From contig JAFUPA010000009.1 of NCBI GenBank assembly GCA_017481575.1, positions 5,058 to 69,057 of the forward strand: a stretch of DNA of 64,000 bases. Reading direction: 5' to 3'. Origin of the DNA: Clostridia bacterium. GTDB lineage: Bacteria > Bacillota > Clostridia > Oscillospirales > Acutalibacteraceae. Under the pieces are notes generated by a model. The model ran no database searches, was not told the origin of the DNA, and saw nothing but the letters and a program-made list of their open reading frames with translations. Position 1 is the first letter of the stretch. The number at the start of each line of letters is the position of its first letter. This document shows, piece after piece, positions 12,271-21,741 of this stretch. Position numbers and translations under genes: made by a program.

Positions 12271-12932
12271 TTCTTGAAAAAAGCGACAGAGATGAAAAGA
12301 TAAAAGAAAACCTCGGTCTTGTTCATTCGTGTGCGCACAAGCTGACGGGTCGGGGAGTGGAATATGACGACCTTTTTCAGGCAGGCTGTGTCGGTCTTAT
12401 CAAGGCGGTTGACGGCTTTGACGAAACACGGGGTTTCAGCTTTTCAACCTATGCAGTTCCCGTAATCCTCGGTGAAATGAAGCGCATTTTCCGTGATGAC
12501 GGTACAGTCAGCGTCAGCCGTTCACTTAAGGAAAAGGGTAGAAAAATCAATTACGAACGGGAAGCGTTTATAAAAAAATTTGATCGTGAACCGACTGTCA
12601 AGGAGCTTGCACAGCGTCTCGGCTTTGACGAATACGAAACCGTACAAGCAATAACCGCCTCAATGCCGGTAATCTCTTTGACAGCGCAGGATAACGAAAA
12701 CGACAGTCAGCTCGATATTCCTGTCGGCTCACCTGAAGAAGCTCTTTCAACCTCAATCGCACTCGAACAGGTGATGAACGACCTTGATGAACGGGATAAG
12801 GATATAATCAGGTTAAGGTATTATTCAGGGCTTACCCAGACTGTGATAGCCGACCGCCTCGGAATGACACAGGTGCAGGTTTCTCGCCGTGAAAAAGTAA
12901 TTTTAAAGCAAATGCGTTCAAAATTGTTGTAG
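12267..12932 (+). CDS. sigF: Sporulation sigma factor SigF
   Basis: Sigma-70 regions 2-4 (DLFQAGCVGLIKAVDGFD, FSTYAVPVILGE, QTVIADRLGMTQVQVSRRE). ATGA overlap with spoIIAB. Confidence 0.92.
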   Translation: MILEKSDRDEKIKENLGLVHSCAHKLTGRGVEYDDLFQAGCVGLIKAVDGFDETRGFSFSTYAVPVILGEMKRIFRDDGTVSVSRSLKEKGRKINYEREAFIKKFDREPTVKELAQRLGFDEYETVQAITASMPVISLTAQDNENDSQLDIPVGSPEEALSTSIALEQVMNDLDERDKDIIRLRYYSGLTQTVIADRLGMTQVQVSRREKVILKQMRSKLL

Positions 12933-12976
12933 ACAAAATCCGTTTTGAGTGTTATTATCTCTTCGGAGGTGTTATA

Positions 12977-13159
12977 ATGCCCGGTAAAACAAATTGCGAA
13001 AGCTGCAACAACTTTTGCTATGATGAGATAGAGGATTACTACTACTGCTCAATGAATCTTGACGAGGACGAATACGTCAAGTTTTTAAGCTCATCTTATT
13101 ACGATTGTCCGTACTATGAGCCTGACGATGAATATAAAATCGTAAGAAAACAGAATTAA
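12977..13159 (+). CDS. Small Cys/Tyr/acidic-rich hypothetical protein (60 aa)
   Basis: Strong RBS GGAGGTG, 44 nt after sigF, with its own terminator. Sequence MPGKTNCESCNNFCYDE...CPYYEPDDEYKIVRKQN. I recall similar small clostridial proteins (possibly DUF6472), unverified. Confidence 0.6.
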   Translation: MPGKTNCESCNNFCYDEIEDYYYCSMNLDEDEYVKFLSSSYYDCPYYEPDDEYKIVRKQN

Positions 13160-13164
13160 ATCAT

Positions 13165-13191
13165 AAAACCGAGCAAAAAGCTCGGTTTTTC
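13165..13191 (+). terminator. Intrinsic terminator
   Basis: AAAACCGAGC-aaaaa-GCTCGGTTTT followed by a T-run. Confidence 0.8.
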
Positions 13192-13220
13192 TTGCATATT
13201 TATACATTTTGTGCTAAACT
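13192..13220 (+). promoter_or_regulatory. Sigma-A-type promoter
   Basis: TTGCAT-17 nt-TAAACT upstream of the amidohydrolase-proBAC genes. Confidence 0.4.
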
Positions 13221-13287
13221 AACCCTTATATAATATGTTTGATTTTTGCGAATACTATTGTTAGTATTTTTGGTTAGAAGGTTTTTT

Positions 13288-14091
13288 ATGTTAATAGATT
13301 TTCACAGTCACATTTTTCCTGACAGAATTGCCGCCGGTGCCTTAAAATCTTTAAGCGACAGCATTGTCAGGTATCAGGGCGAAAGATATCCGCATTATAC
13401 CGACGGTACGCTCAACGGCATACTCAAATCAATGGAGGATAACGGCGTTGATATGTCCGTTATTTTACCGATTGCCACCAAGCCCACACAGACCGGAACA
13501 ATAAATGCGTTTGCAAAGGGTATCAGAAACGAAAAGGTGGTTTCTTTCGGCTCACTTCATCCCGAACAGGACGATTGGGAGACTGTGCTTGAAAACCTCG
13601 CAGAGGAAGGCTTCAGGGGAATTAAACTTCACCCCGAATACCAGTCGTTTTTTGTTGACAGTAAGAGGTCAATTGAAATACTAAAAAAAGCCGAAAAGCT
13701 CGGTCTTTACACCGTACTTCATGCAGGCTACGACTACGGTATGCCGCCACCGGTTCATTGCCAGCCGGACAGACTGAAAAATGTTCTCACAGAAGTTTCG
13801 GGTAAATACATTATTGCCGCTCATCTTGGCGCCTTTGTTAATTGGGACGAGGTTGAAAAGCACCTTGTCGGCACTCCGGTAAACTTCGACACAGCCTTTA
13901 TTTCAAAGTTCATTTCGCCTGAGCAATGCAAGCGCATTATCCGTAATCACGGCGCAGACAAAATCCTTTTCGGTAGCGATTCACCGTGGCAGGAGCCTAA
14001 AACCGAGCACAAGTTTCTTTTAGGTCTCGGACTTGAAAAGGACGAAGAGGACAAGATTTTTTATAAAAATGCATTGAAAATTTTAAAATAA
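13288..14091 (+). CDS. Amidohydrolase-family (metal-dependent TIM-barrel hydrolase) protein
   Basis: MLIDFHSHIFP start motif, internal HPEYQ and a C-terminal GSDSPW. ATG 13288 preferred over the track start. Confidence 0.7.
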   Translation: MLIDFHSHIFPDRIAAGALKSLSDSIVRYQGERYPHYTDGTLNGILKSMEDNGVDMSVILPIATKPTQTGTINAFAKGIRNEKVVSFGSLHPEQDDWETVLENLAEEGFRGIKLHPEYQSFFVDSKRSIEILKKAEKLGLYTVLHAGYDYGMPPPVHCQPDRLKNVLTEVSGKYIIAAHLGAFVNWDEVEKHLVGTPVNFDTAFISKFISPEQCKRIIRNHGADKILFGSDSPWQEPKTEHKFLLGLGLEKDEEDKIFYKNALKILK

Positions 14092-14104
14092 TGAGGAATC
14101 CAAA

Positions 14105-14878
14105 ATGAGAATTGTAGTTAAAGTCGGAACATCAACGCTTGCACACGCAGGCGGACTTTTGAATATCCGCAGGGTAGAGGCACTCTGCAAGGTTTTGAGC
14201 GACCTTAAAAACGCAGGTCACGATGTTATTCTTGTTTCCTCCGGTGCTATCGGAATGGGCGCAGGAAAGCTTCAGCTAAAGTCAAGACCTACCGACATCG
14301 CAGGCAAGCAGGCGGCGGCAGCAGTCGGTCAGTGTGAGCTTATGTACACTTACGATAAGCTCTTCTCCGAATACAACCATACCGTCGCACAGCTTCTTAT
14401 GACGGGTGACGATTTCCACCACACGGACAGATACAATAACTTTATCAATACAATGAATAAGCTTCTTGAATTCTCTGCGTTGCCGATTATCAACGAAAAC
14501 GACACGGTCTCTACCGATGAAATCAAGGTTGGCGACAACGACACACTCTCGGCAATGGTTGCTGTCAGCGTTAATGCAGATTTGCTTGTTCTTCTTTCAG
14601 ATATTGACGGTCTGTTTACTGCTGACCCGCACAAGGATGCAGATGCAACACTTATTTCCGTTGTTTCTGAAATCACGGACGAAATCCGTGCGCTTGCAGG
14701 CGGTGAGGGCTCAACCCTCGGAACGGGCGGTATGAAAACGAAAATTCACGCCGCTGAAATCAGTACCTCAAAGGGCTGTGATATGGTAATTGCAAACGGT
14801 GAAGATCCGTACATTCTTTATGATATTGTTGACGGTAAGTCCGTCGGCACAAGATTTCTTAAAAAGGTCGGTGAATAA
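14105..14878 (+). CDS. proB: Glutamate 5-kinase
   Basis: VVKVGTSTL...VSSGAIG...NENDTV signature, 257 aa (no PUA domain). Confidence 0.92.
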   Translation: MRIVVKVGTSTLAHAGGLLNIRRVEALCKVLSDLKNAGHDVILVSSGAIGMGAGKLQLKSRPTDIAGKQAAAAVGQCELMYTYDKLFSEYNHTVAQLLMTGDDFHHTDRYNNFINTMNKLLEFSALPIINENDTVSTDEIKVGDNDTLSAMVAVSVNADLLVLLSDIDGLFTADPHKDADATLISVVSEITDEIRALAGGEGSTLGTGGMKTKIHAAEISTSKGCDMVIANGEDPYILYDIVDGKSVGTRFLKKVGE

Positions 14879-14879
14879 A

Positions 14880-16127
14880 TTGACGACACTCGATATTTTA
14901 AAGCAGGCAAAGGCGGCAAAAAGCGTTCTTGCAAAGCTTACAAGTGAAGAGAAGAACAATGCACTTTACGCAATGGCAGATGCACTTGTAGAGTATGCTG
15001 ACGATATTTTAAAAGAAAATCAGGCAGACATAGAAGCGGCAAAGGGGATTATTTCCGATGTTATGATTGACCGTCTTACCCTTACAAAAGAGCGTATTGA
15101 CGGTATGGCAGACGGTATCCGTGCGGTTGCCAAGCTTCCTGACCCTGTCGGCGAAGTTCTCGAACGAGTTGAACGTGAAAACGGAATGGTAATTGAAAAG
15201 ACTGCTGTTCCTATGGGCGTTGTTGCAATCATTTACGAGAGCCGTCCGAACGTTTCTTCCGATGCGGCGGCACTTGCACTCAAAAGCGGTAATGTATGTG
15301 TGCTTCGTGGCGGTAAAGAGGCATTCAGAAGTGCAAACGCAATTGTAAACGCACTCCGTAAGGGTCTTAAAAAGCTCGGAATTGACGAGACTGTTATCAA
15401 TATGGTGCAGGATACAAGCCGTCAGAGCGCAAACGAGCTTATGACAGCCGACGGCTATGTCGACCTCCTTATCCCACGTGGTGGTGCAGGTCTTATCAAT
15501 GCTTGTGTCAAAAACGCAACTGTTCCGTGCATACAGACAGGTACGGGTATCTGCCACGTTTATGTTGACGAAACAGCAGACCTAGAAATGGCTCTTAAAA
15601 TCATTGAAAATGCAAAAACAAGCCGTCCTTCCGTCTGCAACGCAGAAGAGGTTTGCCTTGTAAACAGAAAGATTGCGGCTGAATTTTTGCCGAAATTAAA
15701 GAAAACTCTTGTTGATGATCGCAAGATAAATCCCGTTGAGTTAAGACTTCATACGTCAGCACAGGAGTTCATTGACGGAACACCTGCGGGTGAGGATGAT
15801 TTTGATACAGAATTCCTCGATTACATACTCGCTGTAAAGGTTGTTGAGGATGTAAACGAAGCTGTTGCACACATCTCCGAGCATTCCACTCACCACAGCG
15901 AAGCAATCGTCACATCAAGTGATGAAGCGATTGAAATCTTTACAAGAGATGTTGACAGCTCATCGGTTTATGTCAATGTAAGCACACGCTTTACAGATGG
16001 CGGTGAGTTCGGTCTCGGCTGTGAAATGGGTATCTCAACACAGAAGCTCCACGCAAGAGGCCCAATGGGACTTCGTGAGCTTACAACCTACAAATACATC
16101 ATCCGTGGTTGCGGTCAGATAAGATAA
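14880..16127 (+). CDS. proA: Gamma-glutamyl phosphate reductase
   Basis: TTG start 1 nt after the proB stop gives 415 aa, the typical ProA length. Catalytic Cys context [10 protein letters not shown]. Confidence 0.9.
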   Translation: MTTLDILKQAKAAKSVLAKLTSEEKNNALYAMADALVEYADDILKENQADIEAAKGIISDVMIDRLTLTKERIDGMADGIRAVAKLPDPVGEVLERVERENGMVIEKTAVPMGVVAIIYESRPNVSSDAAALALKSGNVCVLRGGKEAFRSANAIVNALRKGLKKLGIDETVINMVQDTSRQSANELMTADGYVDLLIPRGGAGLINACVKNATVPCIQTGTGICHVYVDETADLEMALKIIENAKTSRPSVCNAEEVCLVNRKIAAEFLPKLKKTLVDDRKINPVELRLHTSAQEFIDGTPAGEDDFDTEFLDYILAVKVVEDVNEAVAHISEHSTHHSEAIVTSSDEAIEIFTRDVDSSSVYVNVSTRFTDGGEFGLGCEMGISTQKLHARGPMGLRELTTYKYIIRGCGQIR

Positions 16128-16140
16128 GGAGGCGGTAAAA

Positions 16141-16941
16141 ATGGATAAAACATTCGGTTTTATCGGTTGCGGTAATATGGGCGGTGCCCTTGCAAAGGCG
16201 GTGTCGCTTGCAGGCTATCAGAACGATATTTTACTCGCCGACCTGAATACTGAAAAAGTAAAATCACTTTCGCTTGAAATTTCTGCCGAGCCTTCAACTG
16301 CACAAGTGGTAGCAAGGGAGTGCGACTTCATTTTTATCGGTGTAAAGCCGCAGATGCTCGCTGATTGCTTTGCAGAGATTAAATCTGAACTCGACGCAAG
16401 AGAAGTTAAGCCTGTTATCGTTTCAATGGCCGCAGGAGTGGCTGTGAGCGAAATTAAGAGATTGTCAGGGGTTAACTCTGTTATAAGAATAATGCCCAAT
16501 ATGCCCGTTTCTGTCGGCTCCGGTGTTGTGCTTGCCTGCGCAGACGGTGCAACTGACGAACAGAAAGCTCTCTTTGAAAAAGCTATGAGCAAAGCAGGTG
16601 TTTTTGACTGGATAGAAGAAAAATTCATCGATGCCGCAAGCGCTCTTTCAGGTTGCGGTCCTGCATTCGTTTATATGTTTGCCGAGGCTCTCTCGGACGG
16701 TGCAGTTGCTTGCGGACTTCCTCGTGATAAGGCAACTCTCTATGCAGCAGGAACACTTTTAGGCTCTGCTCAAATGATACTTAAAAGCGGTAAACATCCC
16801 GAAAAACTCAAGGACGATGTTTGCAGTCCCGGAGGCTCAACCATTATGGGTGTCAAGGCTCTTGAAGACGAGGGACTTCGCAGTGCGGCGATGAACGCTG
16901 TTATCGCCGCATACAAAAGAACAAAGGAATTAGGCGAATAA
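16141..16941 (+). CDS. proC: Pyrroline-5-carboxylate reductase
   Basis: FIGCGNMGGAL Rossmann motif and the C-terminal CSPGGSTI motif. Confidence 0.92.
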   Translation: MDKTFGFIGCGNMGGALAKAVSLAGYQNDILLADLNTEKVKSLSLEISAEPSTAQVVARECDFIFIGVKPQMLADCFAEIKSELDAREVKPVIVSMAAGVAVSEIKRLSGVNSVIRIMPNMPVSVGSGVVLACADGATDEQKALFEKAMSKAGVFDWIEEKFIDAASALSGCGPAFVYMFAEALSDGAVACGLPRDKATLYAAGTLLGSAQMILKSGKHPEKLKDDVCSPGGSTIMGVKALEDEGLRSAAMNAVIAAYKRTKELGE

Positions 16942-16943
16942 AA

Positions 16944-16980
16944 GATGTAGCTGCGGTGTCGCAGCTACATCAATTTTTTT
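16944..16980. terminator. Bidirectional terminator (proC / corA convergent)
   Basis: 12-bp stem GATGTAGCTGCG-gtgt-CGCAGCTACATC followed by AATTTTTTT. The corA stop codon lies inside the stem. Confidence 0.75.
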
Positions 16981-17900
16981 CTCTTGAAAATAAACATACA
17001 CGCAAACACCGAGCATATACTCAAGGCAATAACAAAAATATATCCGTATTTCCAGCCGAGCTCGGGCATATATTTAAAATTCATACCGTACCAGCCTGCT
17101 ATAAGCGTCAACGGAGAGAAAAAGGCAGTGATAACCGTAAACAGCTTCATTGTGTTATTGAGCCTTAAATCAAGGTGCGATTGATATGTTTCACGAAGCT
17201 GAACAATGCTGTCCCGAAGCAGGTTTACGTTTGAGCAAAGCCGTTCGGATTTTTTGATAAAGTTCTTGAAATAAATAAGATTTTTGTTTTCAAACAAACC
17301 GTTTTCATTTTCAATAAAAACCTCACCGATGTCGATTAACTGCTCATAATAATTCCGCAGTCCCAAAAGCTTACGCTTGTATTTCAGCAGTTCCTCATTG
17401 AAATTCTTAAACTCATATTCATTCAGTATTTTGTCTTCCATACGGTTAATTTCAAACTCAATGTTTTCCAGTCCTGTGTTGTCGCTTTTAATAAGACTGT
17501 CAATAAAAGCAAAAATAAACTTTTCTGCTGAATAATCCTTTGCAGAGAAACGATGTATTGCTTCAAGAAATCTTTTCCGTGAGGAATGATCCTGGTCCTG
17601 AATTTCGATTATCAATATCATATTTTTCCTGATGTAAAAAGCCAGAAAAGTTTCGTTTTTGTTGTTAACATCCGGCTCAATAATCTTTATTGTGCCGAAG
17701 CTGTAATCGTTGCAAACTTCAATCTTTGACCGGAAATTATTATTTTCGTTAGTGTATTTTTCATAAGCAGAGTCGCAAAAACCAAAATTGTTATGATATT
17801 TTTCAAACTCTGTTGCTGACACATAAGCAACGATATTATTACACTCTGCAAGCTCATTAATTTCTATTTCATTTAATCTGTCGCTGAATTCAAAAATCAA
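16965..17900 (-). CDS. corA: CorA-family magnesium/cobalt transporter
   Basis: GWYGMNF (GMN) motif followed by two C-terminal TM helices. TTG start. Confidence 0.88.
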   Translation of the reverse strand: MIFEFSDRLNEIEINELAECNNIVAYVSATEFEKYHNNFGFCDSAYEKYTNENNNFRSKIEVCNDYSFGTIKIIEPDVNNKNETFLAFYIRKNMILIIEIQDQDHSSRKRFLEAIHRFSAKDYSAEKFIFAFIDSLIKSDNTGLENIEFEINRMEDKILNEYEFKNFNEELLKYKRKLLGLRNYYEQLIDIGEVFIENENGLFENKNLIYFKNFIKKSERLCSNVNLLRDSIVQLRETYQSHLDLRLNNTMKLFTVITAFFSPLTLIAGWYGMNFKYMPELGWKYGYIFVIALSICSVFACMFIFKRKKLM

Positions 17901-17922
17901 AAAACCATCCCCTAAAAATTAA

Positions 17923-17946
17923 GACCAAACATTTTACTGTTTGGTC
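17923..17946 (-). terminator. Hairpin downstream of the metallophosphoesterase gene
   Basis: GACCAAACA-ttttac-TGTTTGGTC with T-rich flanks on both strands. Confidence 0.5.
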
Positions 17947-17956
17947 CTTTTTGTTA

Positions 17957-19093
17957 TTATTTCTTGTTTTTTGAGATTTTATTCACAGCAACAGCGGCAG
18001 TTGTAACAGCGGCAACCGTACCAAGCACCGTTCCTGCAACCTTAAGCTTCATATCCTGTCTGTCGGTCACATTCTGCATATACGGACTCAGACTTTTTGA
18101 TTTAAGTCCGAATTGCTTGAAGTGGTACATTCTTGTCTGAATGTTTTCAAGATTGTTTTCATCAAGAGTTATCAGTCTTACTCCAGAACGGCAACCGTCG
18201 GTGTATGGGCGGAAGCCTGCAGTTTTGGATTGTGCAAGCATAATACCGTCAACGTAGCCGGCAAAATCGTTCATATGGTCGTGACCGAAGAAAGCACCCA
18301 TAACGTCGCCGATTTCTTTCCAAGCGGCAAACTGACCGCTGTTAAGGCACGGCACACAGGGACCTTCACCCAAATATCCCTCGACACAATCCTTAAGCAC
18401 ATAGTTTTTGTTTGACCATTTGCCGTGACCGGGAACGGAATCGAGTTTTTCGTAAGTCTTTGCTTCTCTTAAAAGCTCATATTCTTCGGGTACGGGTGTG
18501 TGCTGGAAAAGAAGTGCAGGAATGACTTTACCGCCGTTTTTCTCCTTGAGTTCGAGAGCTGTTTTTTTGTACCATTCGATCTGGTCTTCATGCACCCAGT
18601 CGTAGTAAGAAAGCTCCTGGTTTTCGGCTTTGTTATTGCTGTCAATAAACCAGAGGTTAAGTATATCCTTTTCAGCTTTAGAATCCTTTACAAGCAGGTT
18701 ATAGTTGCCGTAGCCTGTTATTGAATCGTCAGCGTTGAAAAGATAGCAGTTGTCATACTCGTTATAAAGACGCATCTGCTCTTGAAGACTTACACCGTGT
18801 TCACGGTCGTGGTTTCCGAATACAAGCGCAAAGGGGATATCCTTTACCGAAACAGGGTAGACAATACGGCTGATTACAGAACGCATCTGCATCTTATTTT
18901 CAGCAAAGGCATTGTCACCTAGATAAACTACCAGGTCGGGATTTAACTGCTCAACAGCCTTTGACAAAAGTGCGTGCATATCCTCAACTATTTCTGCGGC
19001 ATTTTCGGAGTGCATATCGTAGCTTTCGTGCAAATCTCCGATAAGCATAATTTTAAATTTTCCGTTTTTAAATTTCAATGGTTCTTTGTTCAT
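17957..19093 (-). CDS. Calcineurin-like metallophosphoesterase with C-terminal TM anchor
   Basis: GDLH, GDNAF, GNHD and GHDH motifs, with a hydrophobic C-terminus. Confidence 0.8.
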   Translation of the reverse strand: MNKEPLKFKNGKFKIMLIGDLHESYDMHSENAAEIVEDMHALLSKAVEQLNPDLVVYLGDNAFAENKMQMRSVISRIVYPVSVKDIPFALVFGNHDREHGVSLQEQMRLYNEYDNCYLFNADDSITGYGNYNLLVKDSKAEKDILNLWFIDSNNKAENQELSYYDWVHEDQIEWYKKTALELKEKNGGKVIPALLFQHTPVPEEYELLREAKTYEKLDSVPGHGKWSNKNYVLKDCVEGYLGEGPCVPCLNSGQFAAWKEIGDVMGAFFGHDHMNDFAGYVDGIMLAQSKTAGFRPYTDGCRSGVRLITLDENNLENIQTRMYHFKQFGLKSKSLSPYMQNVTDRQDMKLKVAGTVLGTVAAVTTAAVAVNKISKNKK

Positions 19094-19162
19094 GGAAAAT
19101 CACTGCCTTTATGTCAGATTTTTAACAACTTTATTATACCTTTCAATTTTCTCTTTGTCAAC

Positions 19163-19190
19163 GAAAAAAGCGGACAGTAAGACTGTCCGC
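19163..19190 (-). terminator. Intrinsic terminator of the DUF378 gene
   Basis: GCGGACAGT-aag-ACTGTCCGC, followed on the minus strand by TTTTTT. Confidence 0.75.
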
Positions 19191-19198
19191 ACGTCGGC

Positions 19199-19423
19199 TT
19201 ATTCAACGGTTTCAACTGTTCCGACTTCGAGCTCTTCTCTGTCTCTGAAAAGCATTGAAATGCACCAGACACCTGCGAGCGCAACAAGGGTGTAAATAAT
19301 TCTGCTGACTATCGCACCCTGACCGCCGCCAATCCAGCTTACAATGTCAAATTTAAACAGACCGATTGAGCCCCAATTCAAAGCACCGACGATGACCAAA
19401 ATCAATGAGATTTTGTCTAACAT
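19199..19423 (-). CDS. DUF378-type small membrane protein
   Basis: 74 aa with two TM helices, IVGALNWGSIGLFKFDIV motif and strong RBS AAGGAG. Confidence 0.75.
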   Translation of the reverse strand: MLDKISLILVIVGALNWGSIGLFKFDIVSWIGGGQGAIVSRIIYTLVALAGVWCISMLFRDREELEVGTVETVE

Positions 19424-19503
19424 AAAATCATCTCCTTAATTTATGCTCAATCATAGTTTTTTCGCAAAATCAGAAAATATACCAATATTTCTATTTAAAA
19501 CAG

Positions 19504-19532
19504 TTGAAAATAATCGGGATTTGAAATATAAT
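19504..19532 (+). promoter_or_regulatory. Sigma-A-type promoter
   Basis: TTGAAA-17 nt-TATAAT. Confidence 0.6.
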
Positions 19533-19561
19533 CTATTTGAATATGTTTAGGAAGTGTTTAA

Positions 19562-20374
19562 ATGATTTTTAAAAATTTTGTTGATATGCATTCTCACACA
19601 AATCATTCCTTTGACGGCAATTATCCTATTGAAGAGTTGTGTGAAAGCTCAATACAGAGAGGCATCAAAACAGTAGCCTTTACTGACCATGTTGAAATGG
19701 ACTTTTTCAGAGAAAAAGAGTTTGACAAGACTGCTGACGAATCCTTTGCAGATATTGTAAGAGCCAAGGAACTCTTTAAAGACAGAATTGAAATTTGTGT
19801 CGGTGTTGAACTCGGTCAGCCCACATATAATATAAACGAATCAGAAGAACTCATTTCTTCCAAGGATTACGATTTTGTTATTGGTTCAATTCATAATCTT
19901 CGCAATATGGAGGATTTTTGCTATCTTAAATATGATGGAGCAGACATTGACGCTTTGCTTAAAATGTATTGGAATGAACTGAAGCTTCTTGCTGATTGGG
20001 CAAGGTTTGATACATTTGCTCACCTTACATATCCTCTTCGTTATATCGTCGGTGAGAATAAAATTCCCGTGGATATGGCAAAATATCAGAAAGATGTTGA
20101 TGAAATTCTTTCCATTCTTGTTTCAAAGGATAAGGCTCTTGAAATCAATACTTCAGGTCTTCGTCAACCCATAGGCATCACAATGCCTGCAGAGGATATT
20201 GTAAAACGCTTTAAGGCTCTGGGCGGCAAGATGGTAACTGTCGGCTCTGACTCACATTTTACCGAGCATATGGGCGCAGGAATTGAGCAGGGTATGCAGC
20301 TTGCTAAAAATTGCGGCTTTGACAGCGTTTGCATTTTCAGAAAACGTCAGCCCGTAGAAATCCCTATTGAATAA
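19562..20374 (+). CDS. PHP-domain histidinol-phosphatase (HisJ) family protein
   Basis: DMHSHTNHSFDG and FTDH motifs of the PHP family. Confidence 0.8.
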   Translation: MIFKNFVDMHSHTNHSFDGNYPIEELCESSIQRGIKTVAFTDHVEMDFFREKEFDKTADESFADIVRAKELFKDRIEICVGVELGQPTYNINESEELISSKDYDFVIGSIHNLRNMEDFCYLKYDGADIDALLKMYWNELKLLADWARFDTFAHLTYPLRYIVGENKIPVDMAKYQKDVDEILSILVSKDKALEINTSGLRQPIGITMPAEDIVKRFKALGGKMVTVGSDSHFTEHMGAGIEQGMQLAKNCGFDSVCIFRKRQPVEIPIE

Positions 20375-20386
20375 GAGGTGACAGCC

Positions 20387-20941
20387 GTGGAAGTTTATGA
20401 CGCATTTACCGAAGGTATTGAGCCGGGCGGTCTCAGAAGCCGTAATGAGATTAAAACGCTTATATGCTATCTTGTTTCACATCTGGACATTCCACTTACC
20501 AAAAGTCAATTAAATACAATCATCTGTGAAGAGGGACTTGCCAATTATTTTGAACTCAATCAGGCATTGAGTGAGGTCATCGAAAACGGAAATGTCAGAG
20601 CTTCTTCAGATGACGATGACCCCGAGCTTTTGATTACACAAATCGGAAAAGAAAACACAGCAACTCTTGAAAGTGATCTTCCTTATACTGTGCGTGAAAG
20701 CGCCTTCAATGCAGCAGTAAAACTGCAGACACGTCTAAGACGTGAGAGAGAGCACAGAATTGAAATCATCCGCCTTGACAATGGATGCAACATCACAATG
20801 TCCGTACTTGACGGTAGCGACGCACTTATGACGGTAACCGTCTTTGTAGCAGATTATGAGCAGGCGCTCGCAGTAAAAGAAAAGTTTCTTTCCGACCCCG
20901 TAACGGTATATTCTAATATAATTTCATTACTTATGGCATAA
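20387..20941 (+). CDS. DUF4364-like protein
   Basis: Recalled similarity to clostridial DUF4364 proteins. GTG 20387 (8 nt after AAGAGG) preferred over GTG 20378. Confidence 0.55.
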   Translation: MEVYDAFTEGIEPGGLRSRNEIKTLICYLVSHLDIPLTKSQLNTIICEEGLANYFELNQALSEVIENGNVRASSDDDDPELLITQIGKENTATLESDLPYTVRESAFNAAVKLQTRLRREREHRIEIIRLDNGCNITMSVLDGSDALMTVTVFVADYEQALAVKEKFLSDPVTVYSNIISLLMA

Positions 20942-20945
20942 GAAA

Positions 20946-20969
20946 ACGGCAAGGTGTGAACCTTGCCGT
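20946..20969. terminator. Hairpin between convergent genes
   Basis: ACGGCAAGG-tgtgaa-CCTTGCCGT. The T-run is on the minus-strand side. Confidence 0.55.
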
Positions 20970-20973
20970 CAAT

Positions 20974-21741
20974 TCATTTAATGCTAAAAAGTTCAAAAGC
21001 ATTCTGCTTTGTCTTGTCAATCAGTTGCTGAGTGTCAGTTTTTCTGACCTCGGCAATTTTTTCTGCCGTCAGGGCAATCATATCCGAGGTGCAGCGCTTG
21101 CCTCTGTTCGGAACGGGTGCCATATAGGGGCAGTCTGTTTCAAGCAGAAGTCTGTCCTCAGGTAAGTATTCTGCAACCTCAAGCGGTTTTCTGGCATTTT
21201 TAAACGTAACAGCACCGCCAAGACCGATATACATTCCGAGCTTTATGATTTCCTTTGCCATTTCGACACTTCCCGAAAAGCAATGAAGAACACCTTTCGG
21301 CTTGTACTTTTTCAAAAGTGTCAGCGTGTCCTCGTGAGCCTCACGGTCGTGGACGATTACGGGTAAATCTGCCTCAGTAGCAAACTGTAACTGCTTTTCA
21401 AAAAATTCAAGTTGCTTGTCCTTTGGTACAAAATCATAGTGATAATCAAGTCCGATTTCACCGACAGCAACGCATTTTCCGTAGTTTGTCAGCACCTTAA
21501 TGCTTTGAAACTCTGTTTCAGAATTGTTGCTGATTTCACTCGGGTGAATACCCAATGCGCAGTAGAAATACTTGTACTTTTCACAAAGCTCAATGCTTTT
21601 TTTGCTAGACTTTAAATCGCATCCGCAGTTTATTACAAACTCAACGCCTTTTTCAGGCAGGGAAGAAAGAAGCTCATCTCTGTCCTCATCAAACTTTAAG
21701 TCGTCATAATGAGCGTGTGTGTCAAAAATATGCTTATACAT
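20974..21741 (-). CDS. tatD: TatD-family metal-dependent hydrolase
   Basis: FDTHAHYDD start motif and GEIGLDYHY. Its start overlaps the metG stop by 1 nt (TAATG). Confidence 0.88.
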   Translation of the reverse strand: MYKHIFDTHAHYDDLKFDEDRDELLSSLPEKGVEFVINCGCDLKSSKKSIELCEKYKYFYCALGIHPSEISNNSETEFQSIKVLTNYGKCVAVGEIGLDYHYDFVPKDKQLEFFEKQLQFATEADLPVIVHDREAHEDTLTLLKKYKPKGVLHCFSGSVEMAKEIIKLGMYIGLGGAVTFKNARKPLEVAEYLPEDRLLLETDCPYMAPVPNRGKRCTSDMIALTAEKIAEVRKTDTQQLIDKTKQNAFELFSIK

